DNA from: an uncultured archaeon
Lineage (GTDB): Archaea > Asgardarchaeota > Lokiarchaeia > Sigyniarchaeales > SOKP01
Direction of reading: 5' to 3'
NCBI GenBank assembly: GCA_964538145.1
Contig: CAZIEC010000003.1
Span: 21,368-53,963 of the forward strand
Length of the DNA: 32,596 bases
Below are positions 24,213-32,596 of the stretch, in pieces. The notes below the pieces were generated by a model. The model saw nothing but the letters and a program-made list of their open reading frames with translations, had not been told where the DNA came from and did no database searches. The stretch's first letter is position 1. Each line of letters opens with the position of its first letter. Position numbers and translations under genes: made by a program.

Positions 24213-25289
24213 ATGGAGAGAATTTTATTAATTCACTGGAATAAATCAACGGGTCCAGAACCAATCATTCAATATCCCCCAGAGAAAACTTTTCCTCCTA
24301 AGGAATTATTTTTAAAGATATGGGCGCAACATGAATTGAATAAAGAAGATTTAATTATAAAATTAGGACCTATCGGAGAATCGAAAAAAATTTATTATTC
24401 TGTAATTCAAGAACATGAAAGTGAAACTTATTTTCTGATTTTAGTCTATAAGAATGATAAAAAAATCAATTTTATAACACCTGAAATTTTAGCAATTATA
24501 GGAAAAAACCTTATAGAATTGATTAACACTAATAAAATTACTTTAGCTATTGCTGAAGCATTTAACACGATTAAAAATTATTCCCAAGTAGAGAGTGAGA
24601 AATTAATTGAATTTTTTACTGATCAAATAAAATACACGATTTTACAGATATTAAAAGAGGGAATAATTTCAAAAAATGAATTAATTAAGACATTGAGAAA
24701 TGAATATGGTTTTTCAACCATTAATATAGACTTATTATTAATAACATTCTTAAAAGAAAACTTAATTAAAAAAGAATATGTTGCTGGGAGCGGAGAATGT
24801 TATTATCTCATAAAAGATTTAACTTTTTGTAGAATCCCTCCGAAAAATGTAGTGTCAAAAATAAAGGATGATGATGTTTTAAATGCTTATAAAGAAGAAT
24901 TGTCAAAAATTTTCGATAGCTCAAATTATTGTAGAGAAATAGAAGATAAAAATTTAACCGAGTTCTTGATAGATTCTGATGTATTTCACCTCATCAAAAC
25001 ATTAAGAAAACAAAGTGTTAGCGTGAGTGAATGCATTAATCTTTTAAATAATCGTGATGAATTATTTGATGAATTATTAGAAAGAAAAATCATTTTTGAG
25101 GCTAAAGGCAACATCTATCTCTTATCAAACATTTGTTTTATTAAATTTACTCCCTATTATATTCTTAAAAATCTTACTAAACGATTGGAAAATAATTCAA
25201 TCTCATTAAACCAATATATTATTCACTCAAAATATTTATTAAATCAATTATCAATATCAAAAACCTTTTTAGATTATCAAATCATATAA
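24213..25289 (+). CDS. Hypothetical protein: N-terminal ~110-aa alpha/beta domain (longin/Roadblock-like?) followed by two predicted winged-helix modules
   Basis: N-terminal pattern is strand-strand-helix-strand-strand-strand-helix: RILLIHW / EPIIQYP / PKELFLKIWAQHE / DLIIKLG / KIYYSVIQ / TYFLILVY / ITPEILAIIGKNLIELI. WH-like segments are QILKEGIISKNELIKTLRNEYGFSTINIDLLLITFLKENLIKKEY and LIKTLRKQSVSVSECINLLNNRDELFDELLERKIIFE. The fold call is by eye only. Confidence 0.6.
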   Translation: MERILLIHWNKSTGPEPIIQYPPEKTFPPKELFLKIWAQHELNKEDLIIKLGPIGESKKIYYSVIQEHESETYFLILVYKNDKKINFITPEILAIIGKNLIELINTNKITLAIAEAFNTIKNYSQVESEKLIEFFTDQIKYTILQILKEGIISKNELIKTLRNEYGFSTINIDLLLITFLKENLIKKEYVAGSGECYYLIKDLTFCRIPPKNVVSKIKDDDVLNAYKEELSKIFDSSNYCREIEDKNLTEFLIDSDVFHLIKTLRKQSVSVSECINLLNNRDELFDELLERKIIFEAKGNIYLLSNICFIKFTPYYILKNLTKRLENNSISLNQYIIHSKYLLNQLSISKTFLDYQII

Positions 25290-25449
25290 AATAAAACGAT
25301 AAATTTCTTTTTATGATTTATTTAATTCTATAACAATCCTTTTACTAAAATAGTTAATATGAAATAGTTATTAAGAAAGAAATTCTATATTATTTTGTTA
25401 ATTTTTTTTTGAATGACATATAGATTGATAACGTTAATGGTGATTTAAT

Positions 25450-26211
25450 TTGGTAAACTTAGAATTGGTGGATTATTTACAAGGAACTTTTAGTTTTATA
25501 TTTGTATTAATTTCACTTTACATTGGTTTGAGAATTTTTTCAGCCTATTTCAAGCAAAAGAATAAATTATTCATTTTTGTAGGTATTACATGGATTGGAA
25601 TGGCTCTTCCATGGGTTCCCGATTCTGTCAGCTTATGGATGGCGATTCTTTTATCTCAAACGATCTCCATTGAGTTGTATATTTTTATTGGTAACGCTTT
25701 CATATTTCCAACACTCGTGTGCTGGATGTATGCTTGCACGCAATTAATATTTAGAGAAAGGAAGCAGCTAATTATGGTTTTGACAATCATTATCTGTTTT
25801 TTACTCGAAGTAATCTTCTTAACCATATTTTTTATCGATGTTTCATTACTTGGAAATGTTAATCCAATTCGACCTTTTACAGCAGAGTTTAGTTTATTAC
25901 TCTCAATAATCTTAGTATTAGTTATTTTTACAATATTATATACCGGTCTAAGATTGGCACAAGCTTCTTTGAAAGCTGAAGATGAAGATGTTAAGTTAAA
26001 GGGAAAACTCTTGAGAGCAGCATTCATTTCGTTTACAATTGGTGCTCTCTTTGACGCATCATTAGGAATGATCTTTGAAGATCCTACTAATCCCTTACTC
26101 TCAATTTTAGTAATTGTAATTAGGATCTTATTAATATTTTCTGCACTTGAGTTCTATGGAGGATTCATTTTGCCAGGATGGATGAAAAAACTCTTAAAAA
26201 AGAAGTCCTAA
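25450..26211 (+). CDS. Seven-transmembrane protein, unknown family
   Basis: TTG start preceded by GGTGAT 6 nt upstream. Seven hydrophobic segments counted by eye. Charged loop KAEDEDVKLKGK between TM5 and TM6; basic C-terminal tail KKLLKKKS. Confidence 0.7.
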   Translation: MVNLELVDYLQGTFSFIFVLISLYIGLRIFSAYFKQKNKLFIFVGITWIGMALPWVPDSVSLWMAILLSQTISIELYIFIGNAFIFPTLVCWMYACTQLIFRERKQLIMVLTIIICFLLEVIFLTIFFIDVSLLGNVNPIRPFTAEFSLLLSIILVLVIFTILYTGLRLAQASLKAEDEDVKLKGKLLRAAFISFTIGALFDASLGMIFEDPTNPLLSILVIVIRILLIFSALEFYGGFILPGWMKKLLKKKS

Positions 26212-26225
26212 ATAATAATTTTTTT

Positions 26226-26936
26226 TTATTCATTTATAAATTTCTCATTATTAATCTTCTTATCCAGGATGGTAAGATCTTCTTCTATTTTTTCTGTTGG
26301 AGCGGTACCGTTACCATATATCTGGTATAAAACAGTTCGCCTAGCACATTCATAGAAACTGCGATAAATATTTTTATTTTTTCCATAAATTGCACATGTT
26401 TTATAAATAATGGGATTCCATAAATGCAAATTATTATTAGAATCGAACCATAATTTTTCTTTTTTTAAAATTTGAATGAAATCCTCTTCATCAATGACAT
26501 CATCCAAATCTTGCTTATTAAGCATTACTACAAATGGAAGCTTAACTATCAAGGAGTCTTTAGCAACTTTTTTCAATTCTAATAAAGATTCGATATTATC
26601 TTCTAAATATTTAGTTTGAGAATCCACTACAAAAATAACTGAATCTGCACCCTCAAATATACGTGCTCTTAAGGGAGAGAAACTTGATTGCCCTGCAACA
26701 GTAAATACACGATAATATACTTTTTTTTGTTCCTTAGATTGAAAGATCCCTCTATCAAAATATAGTGTTGCTCCACTTGTCTTGGAGATTTTTTGAAGTT
26801 CTCCTATAGGAACGATTTCTTTCTTGTTTTCTTTAGTGATCTTGTATAACGTGTCTAAAATTGTGGTTTTCCCGGAACCTCCCATTCCCCAATAAACTAT
26901 CTTTAGATAAACATTTCCATTCTTGTAAAGTACCAT
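26226..26936 (-). CDS. MglA-like small Ras-superfamily GTPase
   Basis: G1 GMGGSGKTT (nt 26865-26888). G3 reads T79-V-A-G-Q83 (nt 26688-26702), the TxxGQ variant typical of the MglA family instead of DxxGQ. G4 is NKQD (res 140-143); G5-like is KTCAI. ~50-aa C-terminal extension. Confidence 0.85.
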   Translation of the reverse strand: MVLYKNGNVYLKIVYWGMGGSGKTTILDTLYKITKENKKEIVPIGELQKISKTSGATLYFDRGIFQSKEQKKVYYRVFTVAGQSSFSPLRARIFEGADSVIFVVDSQTKYLEDNIESLLELKKVAKDSLIVKLPFVVMLNKQDLDDVIDEEDFIQILKKEKLWFDSNNNLHLWNPIIYKTCAIYGKNKNIYRSFYECARRTVLYQIYGNGTAPTEKIEEDLTILDKKINNEKFINE

Positions 26937-27198
26937 GGATTCTCGCTATTTTACTTTAAAATCTTGAATATCATTTCTATTTTTAGTATAATTATTTAAT
27001 ATAAATATTAATTTTAAAATTATCTCATGACGTATTTTTATTATTTCATGAGTTGATACTTGAAAATCATCTTATTTTTTAAACACTAATAAAAGATTCT
27101 AATTTTTTTTCTAAATGAAATAATTTTTTTACTATGTATAATGAACTTCATTTAGGTAATTAATTTTTTGCTAATAATAAATAATTCTTTTTTAAATC

Positions 27199-27720
27199 AT
27201 GGATGAATATACTGATGTCAATTGGAATTGGGACTTTTACAAGGAATTAGTGGAAGATATCGAAGAAAATAAGAATATTGTTCAATGTATATCGTGTGGA
27301 AAATGTGTTGGAGATTGTCCAGCATCTAAGATTTCTAAATTTAACATACGCAAGATAATTCAAAAAGTCTTAAGAGGAGATAAATCAGTTCTTAAAGATT
27401 CTGATATATGGTATTGTTTTTTATGTGAACGATGCAAGAGAATTTGTCCTCGTGATAATATTAACATTCCTTTGCTTATAATTAATTTGAGAAATGAGAG
27501 CTTTAAGAAAGGATATGGGCCAAGATATAATGACTTGAGAAAATACGTTGAAATGTCAGAGCGATTTCTTACATCGGGCGTTGTTGTTGAGGAGCCACTT
27601 GGAGGAAAATTGCCAGAAGAAAGAGTAAAAGAATTGGATTTAATTTGTAATTTTGCTCGGATAAAATATGTATTTAAAGCAAGTAAAAAAAATAAAAAAA
27701 ATAAGAACAAAAAAAAGTAA
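27199..27720 (+). CDS. hdrC: HdrC-like 2x[4Fe-4S] ferredoxin subunit
   Basis: CISCGKCVGDCP and CFLCERCKRICP motifs, size ~173 aa, immediately upstream (6-nt gap) of an HdrB-like gene. Unusual K/N tail ASKKNKKNKNKKK. Confidence 0.75.
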   Translation: MDEYTDVNWNWDFYKELVEDIEENKNIVQCISCGKCVGDCPASKISKFNIRKIIQKVLRGDKSVLKDSDIWYCFLCERCKRICPRDNINIPLLIINLRNESFKKGYGPRYNDLRKYVEMSERFLTSGVVVEEPLGGKLPEERVKELDLICNFARIKYVFKASKKNKKNKNKKK

Positions 27721-27726
27721 AATAAT

Positions 27727-28740
27727 ATGGAGTTTAATGAATTAGCATTAGATCTTGATAAAATTGAAAAAGATTATCCAGAAGATCCTCTGGGATTTTT
27801 TAGGAATAAAAAGTTATGCGTATTTAAGGCATGCCTGGAAAAATATTTTCCTGGCGTTCGATATGGGATAATTGACTTATTAAATGAACTTGGATTAGAA
27901 GTGGATTCTTGTGTTAATCAATCATGTTGTAGCGGAACGTTTTTTCAGAGAAATTTAATTACTCGAGCTCAATTTGCAGCGATCAACGAGAGGAATCTTA
28001 ATGAATTAAATCATCAAGCAGATATTGTCTTGGTTAGTTGCAATGGCTGTTATAATTCACTATTACGGGGGAGATACTTTTTAAAAAATCCCGATGTACG
28101 AAGGAAAACTGAAGAAATTCTTAATCAACTCAAGAAGGAGATCGGAAATGAGAATTATCCTGGAAAATATGACATCTTGGAAAATCCTTCAGTGAAAATA
28201 GTTCATGATTTGGATTTCATATATCTCATTAGAAATCAAATCACGGATGTATTAAAGTATGATTTAAAAGGATTAAAAGTAGCTTCTCATTATGGTTGCC
28301 ATTATCTTAATCAATCGAGAGATAAAAAGGATCCAGAAAGTTATCTCAAGGATAAAACTAAATTGGAGGATCTCATACAGTTATTCGGGGGAATTCCCGT
28401 GGATTATCAAGAAAGAGAAAGTTGTTGCGGATGGGGAGCATCTCAATTAGTCATTCATCCAAAAGAAGCTTTAAAAATTACATATAGAAAGTTGAAGAGT
28501 GCTGAGAAAAATGATGCGGATTTTCTTTTGATGCCATGTCCCACTTGTTTATATACTCTTAGCAAACCAGAATATAGGCAAAAAATAGATGAGTGGTATG
28601 GTGAAAAGCTCGAAATTCCAACAATCCACATAAACGAATTGATTGCAATCTTATTAGGATGCGAGCAGGAACGCTGCATTACCTTGAGGAGAACGACCCC
28701 TAGATTGCAAGAGATCTTCCAAATTATCACGCAAGAATAA
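27727..28740 (+). CDS. hdrB: HdrB-like protein with two CCG domains
   Basis: Two copies of C...CC-x36-CxxC: SCCSG-x36-CNGC and SCCGWG-x36-CPTC. Spacing was counted in the translation. Confidence 0.88.
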   Translation: MEFNELALDLDKIEKDYPEDPLGFFRNKKLCVFKACLEKYFPGVRYGIIDLLNELGLEVDSCVNQSCCSGTFFQRNLITRAQFAAINERNLNELNHQADIVLVSCNGCYNSLLRGRYFLKNPDVRRKTEEILNQLKKEIGNENYPGKYDILENPSVKIVHDLDFIYLIRNQITDVLKYDLKGLKVASHYGCHYLNQSRDKKDPESYLKDKTKLEDLIQLFGGIPVDYQERESCCGWGASQLVIHPKEALKITYRKLKSAEKNDADFLLMPCPTCLYTLSKPEYRQKIDEWYGEKLEIPTIHINELIAILLGCEQERCITLRRTTPRLQEIFQIITQE

Positions 28741-28814
28741 ATTATTTTTAATCATTCATTTTAAATTTTTAATTCTCTTTTTATTAAATTCACGCATTAT
28801 ATAAAATAAAAAAA

Positions 28815-29210
28815 TTATAATTCTTCAATAGCTTTACGGGGACAAGAGTCCAAGCATAATAAGCAACCCAAGCATTTATCATAAGAGAATTTTAATCGAT
28901 AAAACTCATCAAAATGTAATGCGTTAGTTGGACATAAAGAAATACACGCTCCGCAATCTATGCATTTATCATCGTCAATGATGATTCTTCCCTTTTTATT
29001 TACTACTACATTATTTCTTTTAAGCGAATCGGTAATTTTTTGGATTTTTTCTTCAGGAACATCTAGTAAAAGATTAACTCCATTAGAACTCGTGGAAAAT
29101 TTCAAGATGTTAAATGAAATTCCAAATTTAAGAATCTCATTAATTATTTTGGAGTAATCCTCAATATCGTTAATAATACTAAACGGTAAAGTACAGTTTA
29201 TAATCGTCAT
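28815..29210 (-). CDS. NIL-domain plus 2x[4Fe-4S] ferredoxin (partner of the DUF39 homocysteine enzyme; MA1822-like)
   Basis: N-terminal NIL-type domain (...GISFNILKFSTSSNGVNLLLDVPEE...), then CIDCGACISLCP and CLGCLLCLDSCP. The start lies 1 nt after the upstream gene's stop; GGAGGAG sits 14 nt upstream. Confidence 0.85.
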   Translation of the reverse strand: MTIINCTLPFSIINDIEDYSKIINEILKFGISFNILKFSTSSNGVNLLLDVPEEKIQKITDSLKRNNVVVNKKGRIIIDDDKCIDCGACISLCPTNALHFDEFYRLKFSYDKCLGCLLCLDSCPRKAIEEL

Positions 29211-29211
29211 T

Positions 29212-30687
29212 TTAATGCATCAACTCCTCCGAAGTTATAATTCCAATAACTTTATTATCTTGATCAATTATGGGTAAGGCAGATATATCATTTATCTTCA
29301 TCTTCCTTATAGCAATATCTATTGGTTCGTGTTCAGTTGTAGTGATTACTCTTTTAGTGATAATTTCTTTTAATTCTCTTTTATCTTCAGCAATAGCTTT
29401 AGTTACATCAAAACTAGTAACGATACCTTCCAATCGACCCTCGTGGTCGGTTATTATTATGTGATTTGTGTTTTTTTGTATTATTAACTTAGCTACGATC
29501 TTTAAATCGCAATCATCATAGCAAATTATTGCTTCTTTCTTAAGATCTTTTACAAATTTTGTTTCAATAGATTGCTTCATTGGTTTAAATATTGTACTTG
29601 TTGGCAAAGTTTCTGCTGGAGGGTTTAAGAAGAATATTCCATCTTGGATCCACTTTTTCAGTTCTTCAGCAATCTTCCTTGCATGGAACAAGGAGGATAA
29701 AGATGTACACTTAACTTTTTTACCTTCTAATTCAATGTATCCACTTTTCAATTCCTTATAATTTACTTGCCTTAAAATAGGCCTTTCTCTTCTGGGTATT
29801 CCATAATCAACGACATTTGTAATTATTTCTTCATCTTTTATGGAAGTTTTTCTTGCTAATCCTTCATTTAATATTGGAATCGGAATACCGACCCCAACAA
29901 ACATTGAAGTTCCATATTTTTCATAGACTACTCCTTTTAGATATTCTGATTTCATCTGTTTTAAATCTCCCTTTAAAAAGAGTGTACCAAACCCAGTCGT
30001 GGGAGAATGTTGAGTACCTTCACCAATCACGTACCCTATGCCTCCACCAAGAAAAATCCTTGTTCCAATACCTATTGTTTCATAGTCGGGATCATTGCAT
30101 AATGGATTTAAACATCCAGCACCTGAATAATTAGCATTCCCAAAATGAGGAAGTAATTTTCCCATGTATGTATAGATTGTCTTATCAGTGCTATTCACAG
30201 CACACACATATTTTTGATAAGCATTTCGTGGATTGCATAATATCGCTTGGTTTGTATCATTGATAGTAATCTCGGTGTCAATTTCTCCTAATGGATAGCA
30301 ATCTGTAGTATATGAAGTTCCTCGCAATCTAATTGGCTTACCCGAAACAAGATCTTCAATAACATGTCCACCTCCGTATTCAAAGGGTCTTTTGTCCGAC
30401 ATTCTTGTTACGCCAATGTAACAATCTACTGCGGCATTTCCATGATAAGCTTCCACGTCATTTAACCATAATTTCTCAAATTTAATTGGAGGATCCGAAT
30501 GACCAAAATTTAAAAAAGCTCCACTAGAGCACATTGGTCCAAAAGTGCCTGTTGTAACCACATCAACTTCTTCAGCTGCAATTTTTATACCTTGATTTTC
30601 AACAATTTTTATCATTTCTTCGGCAGTTACGACTACTATATCCCCATTCTTGATCTTTTGGTTGATTTCTTCATAAGTTTTAGTCAT
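29212..30687 (-). CDS. DUF39/COG1900 sulfur-incorporation enzyme with a C-terminal CBS pair (homocysteine biosynthesis from aspartate semialdehyde; MA1821-like)
   Basis: N-terminal TYEEINQKIKNGDIVVVTAEE...VDVVTTGTFGPMCSSGAFLNFGHSDPPIKF...LNDVEAYHGNAAVDCYIGVT is the family signature as I recall it. Two CBS-like motifs at the C-terminus (RLEGIVTSFDVTKA; LPIIDQDNKVIGIITSEELM). Confidence 0.88.
   Translation of the reverse strand: MTKTYEEINQKIKNGDIVVVTAEEMIKIVENQGIKIAAEEVDVVTTGTFGPMCSSGAFLNFGHSDPPIKFEKLWLNDVEAYHGNAAVDCYIGVTRMSDKRPFEYGGGHVIEDLVSGKPIRLRGTSYTTDCYPLGEIDTEITINDTNQAILCNPRNAYQKYVCAVNSTDKTIYTYMGKLLPHFGNANYSGAGCLNPLCNDPDYETIGIGTRIFLGGGIGYVIGEGTQHSPTTGFGTLFLKGDLKQMKSEYLKGVVYEKYGTSMFVGVGIPIPILNEGLARKTSIKDEEIITNVVDYGIPRRERPILRQVNYKELKSGYIELEGKKVKCTSLSSLFHARKIAEELKKWIQDGIFFLNPPAETLPTSTIFKPMKQSIETKFVKDLKKEAIICYDDCDLKIVAKLIIQKNTNHIIITDHEGRLEGIVTSFDVTKAIAEDKRELKEIITKRVITTTEHEPIDIAIRKMKINDISALPIIDQDNKVIGIITSEELMH
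29224..29230 (-). promoter_or_regulatory. Shine-Dalgarno-like GGAGGAG for the NIL-ferredoxin gene, inside the 3' end of the DUF39 gene
   Basis: Plus strand reads ctcctcc, 14 nt upstream of the ATG at 29210. The two genes are separated by a single nucleotide. Confidence 0.45.
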
Positions 30688-31021
30688 GTTAACATTCCAT
30701 TCTTTTTTTTATTTTTTTAAAAGAATTTTTTAATTGAAATATAAAAAAATATATTCCTTATAAATATCTTATATCACAAATATGCATAAAATGGATAATA
30801 AATGCATGAAATTAATTTTTTTTCAATATATTATTAATAATTTGAATTTCTTTTCCAATAATGTAAATCTCTAATTTTAATGAAAATCTCTTAGATATAA
30901 TTTGGAAAAAATATACTTTTTTGAAGTTAAAAAAAAAAAAATTGGGGAGAAAATTAATTTTATACCATTCTTTTTCGAAATTACAAGTGTTATAATATTA
31001 TTTAATTTATAATGAAAATTA

Positions 31022-31909
31022 TTGAAAAATACCATGGCTCGCTCTAATAAATTATACAATAATTTAGCAATAATTGCTTTAATATCAACTACCGTTCTAT
31101 GGGGTACAACATTCATCATTACAAAGACTTTAACTCAAGATATTCCTATCTTCTTTTATTTAGGAATGAGGTATTTAATAGCCATTATAGGATTTCTTCC
31201 TTTCCTTTATCGAATTAAAAAAATAAATATTAAACTAGTTATTGCTGGTGTTTTTACTGGAGTTATTTACTTTCTGGCAATGCTCTTCCAAACATATGGT
31301 TTACAAACCACCACGGCTGGAAAGGCGGGATTCATTACTGGTCTAAGCACGATAATGGTACCCCTAATCTCGTGGTTATTTTATAAAAAGAAGATTAATT
31401 TAAGAATATGGATTGGCGTCATCTTGGCAAGTATGGGGATGGGCTTTCTCTTATTAGAATCAGAATTTAATCTCAATATTGGAGACTTATTAGTTTTAGT
31501 GTGCGCAGTTTTTTGTGCCCTTTATATTATTTTTAACGATGTATATGTTAAAGTACATGATATTTATCTATATACAATAGTACAACTTTTAGTTTTAATT
31601 ATTACGTGTTTTTCTTCATCAATAATCCTAAAAGAACCAGCAAATACTCCTAACTTTTCAATTTCATTATGGATCATAATGTTGTACATGGGTTTTGGGG
31701 CAACTACATTAACATTTTTATTTCAAAATTGGGGGCAAAAGTACCAAGATTCGTCCATAGCAGCTATAATTTTTGCTCTTGAACCTGTTTTTGCAGCTTT
31801 ATTTGGTTTTCTTTTAGGAAATGAGATCCTAACAATACCAAACATGCTTGGTATGGGTTTAATCTTTATTGCAATTATTTTAGCAGTTTGGAATAATGAG
31901 CGAAAATAA
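31022..31909 (+). CDS. EamA/DMT-superfamily transporter (10 TM)
   Basis: ALISTTVLWGTTFIITK opening and two EamA-like halves. The track start is TTG at 31022; the ATG at 31034 (MARSNKLY...) is more plausible. Confidence 0.85.
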   Translation: MKNTMARSNKLYNNLAIIALISTTVLWGTTFIITKTLTQDIPIFFYLGMRYLIAIIGFLPFLYRIKKINIKLVIAGVFTGVIYFLAMLFQTYGLQTTTAGKAGFITGLSTIMVPLISWLFYKKKINLRIWIGVILASMGMGFLLLESEFNLNIGDLLVLVCAVFCALYIIFNDVYVKVHDIYLYTIVQLLVLIITCFSSSIILKEPANTPNFSISLWIIMLYMGFGATTLTFLFQNWGQKYQDSSIAAIIFALEPVFAALFGFLLGNEILTIPNMLGMGLIFIAIILAVWNNERK

Positions 31910-32596
31910 AATAAAATTAGAAAATGTAGTAGTAATTCCCGATAAAGTGAAGGTTAGAGAATTTTGTTCCATTTCTATATCTTTTTCAATTAATGAAGAC
32001 TTACCACCAGATACAATTTTGATTTTTAGACTAAGAGGAGGAAGAAATAATAAAAATGATTGGTATTTCTTACAACCTCATGATGATGATTCTAAGGGCC
32101 ATGTTAAATTATTTACTAATCCTAAGGTAAATATCATTCCGTTTATTTTAACTGGGGGAGAATTATCTGTAAATTATTATATATACGACAAAAATGGGTT
32201 AAAAAAAGGTTCTAAATTAAAATTTGAAATCAAGAACACATTAGTTCAATCAATCGTGGAAATAAAGAAAAAATTTGAGATTTTAATAAAATATCCTGGT
32301 AAAAAAGCAATTAAAATCGACAATTCTCCTTACATAACTGTTGAAAATGAGGAATTTGACCATTTAACCGCTTTCTGTCCTTCAACTTTTCAAGTGAAGG
32401 AAAATATAACTTTAATTATAAGAGCAGAGGATAAGTATTACAATTTAGTAGAAAAGTTCTCTGGTAAAATTGATGTATTTGTTCATATTAATGGAAGTAA
32501 TGAAATTTTCTTAAAATCCACCGAATTCAAAGAAGAAGATAAAGGCTTTTTAAAAGTAAATGATATTAGCATCAAAGTGGAAGGATATGGATGCTT
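31896..32596 (+). CDS. Partial CDS (N-terminus in window, runs off the right edge): hypothetical, beta-strand-rich soluble protein
   Basis: Absent from the ORF track. The ATG at 31896 overlaps the EamA stop by 14 nt. Manual translation (MSENKIKLENVVVIPDKVKVREF...FRLRGGRNNKNDWYFLQPHDDD...IIRAEDKYYNLVEKFSGKIDVFVHINGS...) stays open for 233 codons to the window end. Confidence 0.55.
   Translation, partial: MSENKIKLENVVVIPDKVKVREFCSISISFSINEDLPPDTILIFRLRGGRNNKNDWYFLQPHDDDSKGHVKLFTNPKVNIIPFILTGGELSVNYYIYDKNGLKKGSKLKFEIKNTLVQSIVEIKKKFEILIKYPGKKAIKIDNSPYITVENEEFDHLTAFCPSTFQVKENITLIIRAEDKYYNLVEKFSGKIDVFVHINGSNEIFLKSTEFKEEDKGFLKVNDISIKVEGYGC

Noticed and set aside
27024-27052. Inverted repeat ctcatga-N15-tcatgag in the GTPase/hdrC divergent intergenic region
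   Set aside because: The 7-nt arms are not extended by flanking bases. This is within chance expectation, with no repeat elsewhere in the window.
25656-30134. Antisense ORFs 25656..26027, 27360..27710, 28455..28730, 28960..29157, 29270..29464 and 29853..30134
   Set aside because: They are shadows of the 7-TM, HdrC, HdrB, NIL-ferredoxin and DUF39 genes respectively.
30877-31119. 80-aa minus-strand ORF overlapping the EamA start
   Set aside because: It runs through an A/T-rich promoter region and the 5' end of a well-supported transporter gene. The composition is implausible for a real protein.
1-32596. Search for tRNA/rRNA/ncRNA, CRISPR arrays, integrases, transposases, or terminal inverted or direct repeats of mobile elements
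   Set aside because: No G+C-rich islands of the kind structured RNAs form in A+T-rich genomes. No spaced direct repeats and no recombinase-like ORF. Intergenic regions are uniformly A/T-rich.

Overview
This is an A+T-rich window (roughly 70% A+T by eye) that is densely coding. It holds about 31 protein genes, and both ends are cut inside genes. The housekeeping content looks archaeal: an HdrC/HdrB-like ferredoxin/CCG pair, a DUF39(COG1900)-CBS plus NIL-ferredoxin homocysteine module, a PHP-type histidinol-phosphatase-like enzyme and an EamA transporter. The window also carries many eukaryote-flavoured regulatory proteins of the kind expanded in Asgard archaea; that lineage guess is inference, since no search was possible. 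These include three JAB/MPN (JAMM) proteins within 5 kb, two of which form a translationally coupled MPN+/MPN- pair with long helical tails. There is also a fused ChlI/ChlD-type AAA+-vWA protein with no chelatase large subunit nearby, an ATP-grasp ligase and a tandem Roadblock/LC7 protein. An MglA-type small GTPase (TxxGQ in G3) sits next to a 7-TM protein and a possible longin-like/winged-helix protein. A 1352-aa protein fuses a SIR2_2-type domain to 25 uninterrupted 40-residue TPR-like repeats. A phospholipid head-group cluster (GDPD, PAP2, MBL-fold hydrolase, DedA/TVP38, membrane-anchored esterases) fills the middle. I saw no rRNA, tRNA, CRISPR array, integrase/transposase or prophage signature. 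The best candidates for an undescribed system are (i) the MPN+/MPN-/Zn-ribbon/MPN+/AAA+-vWA/ATP-grasp block at 966-9616 and (ii) the stand-alone SIR2-TPR giant at 13655-17713. All family assignments come from reading motifs by eye in the supplied translations, not from database searches.
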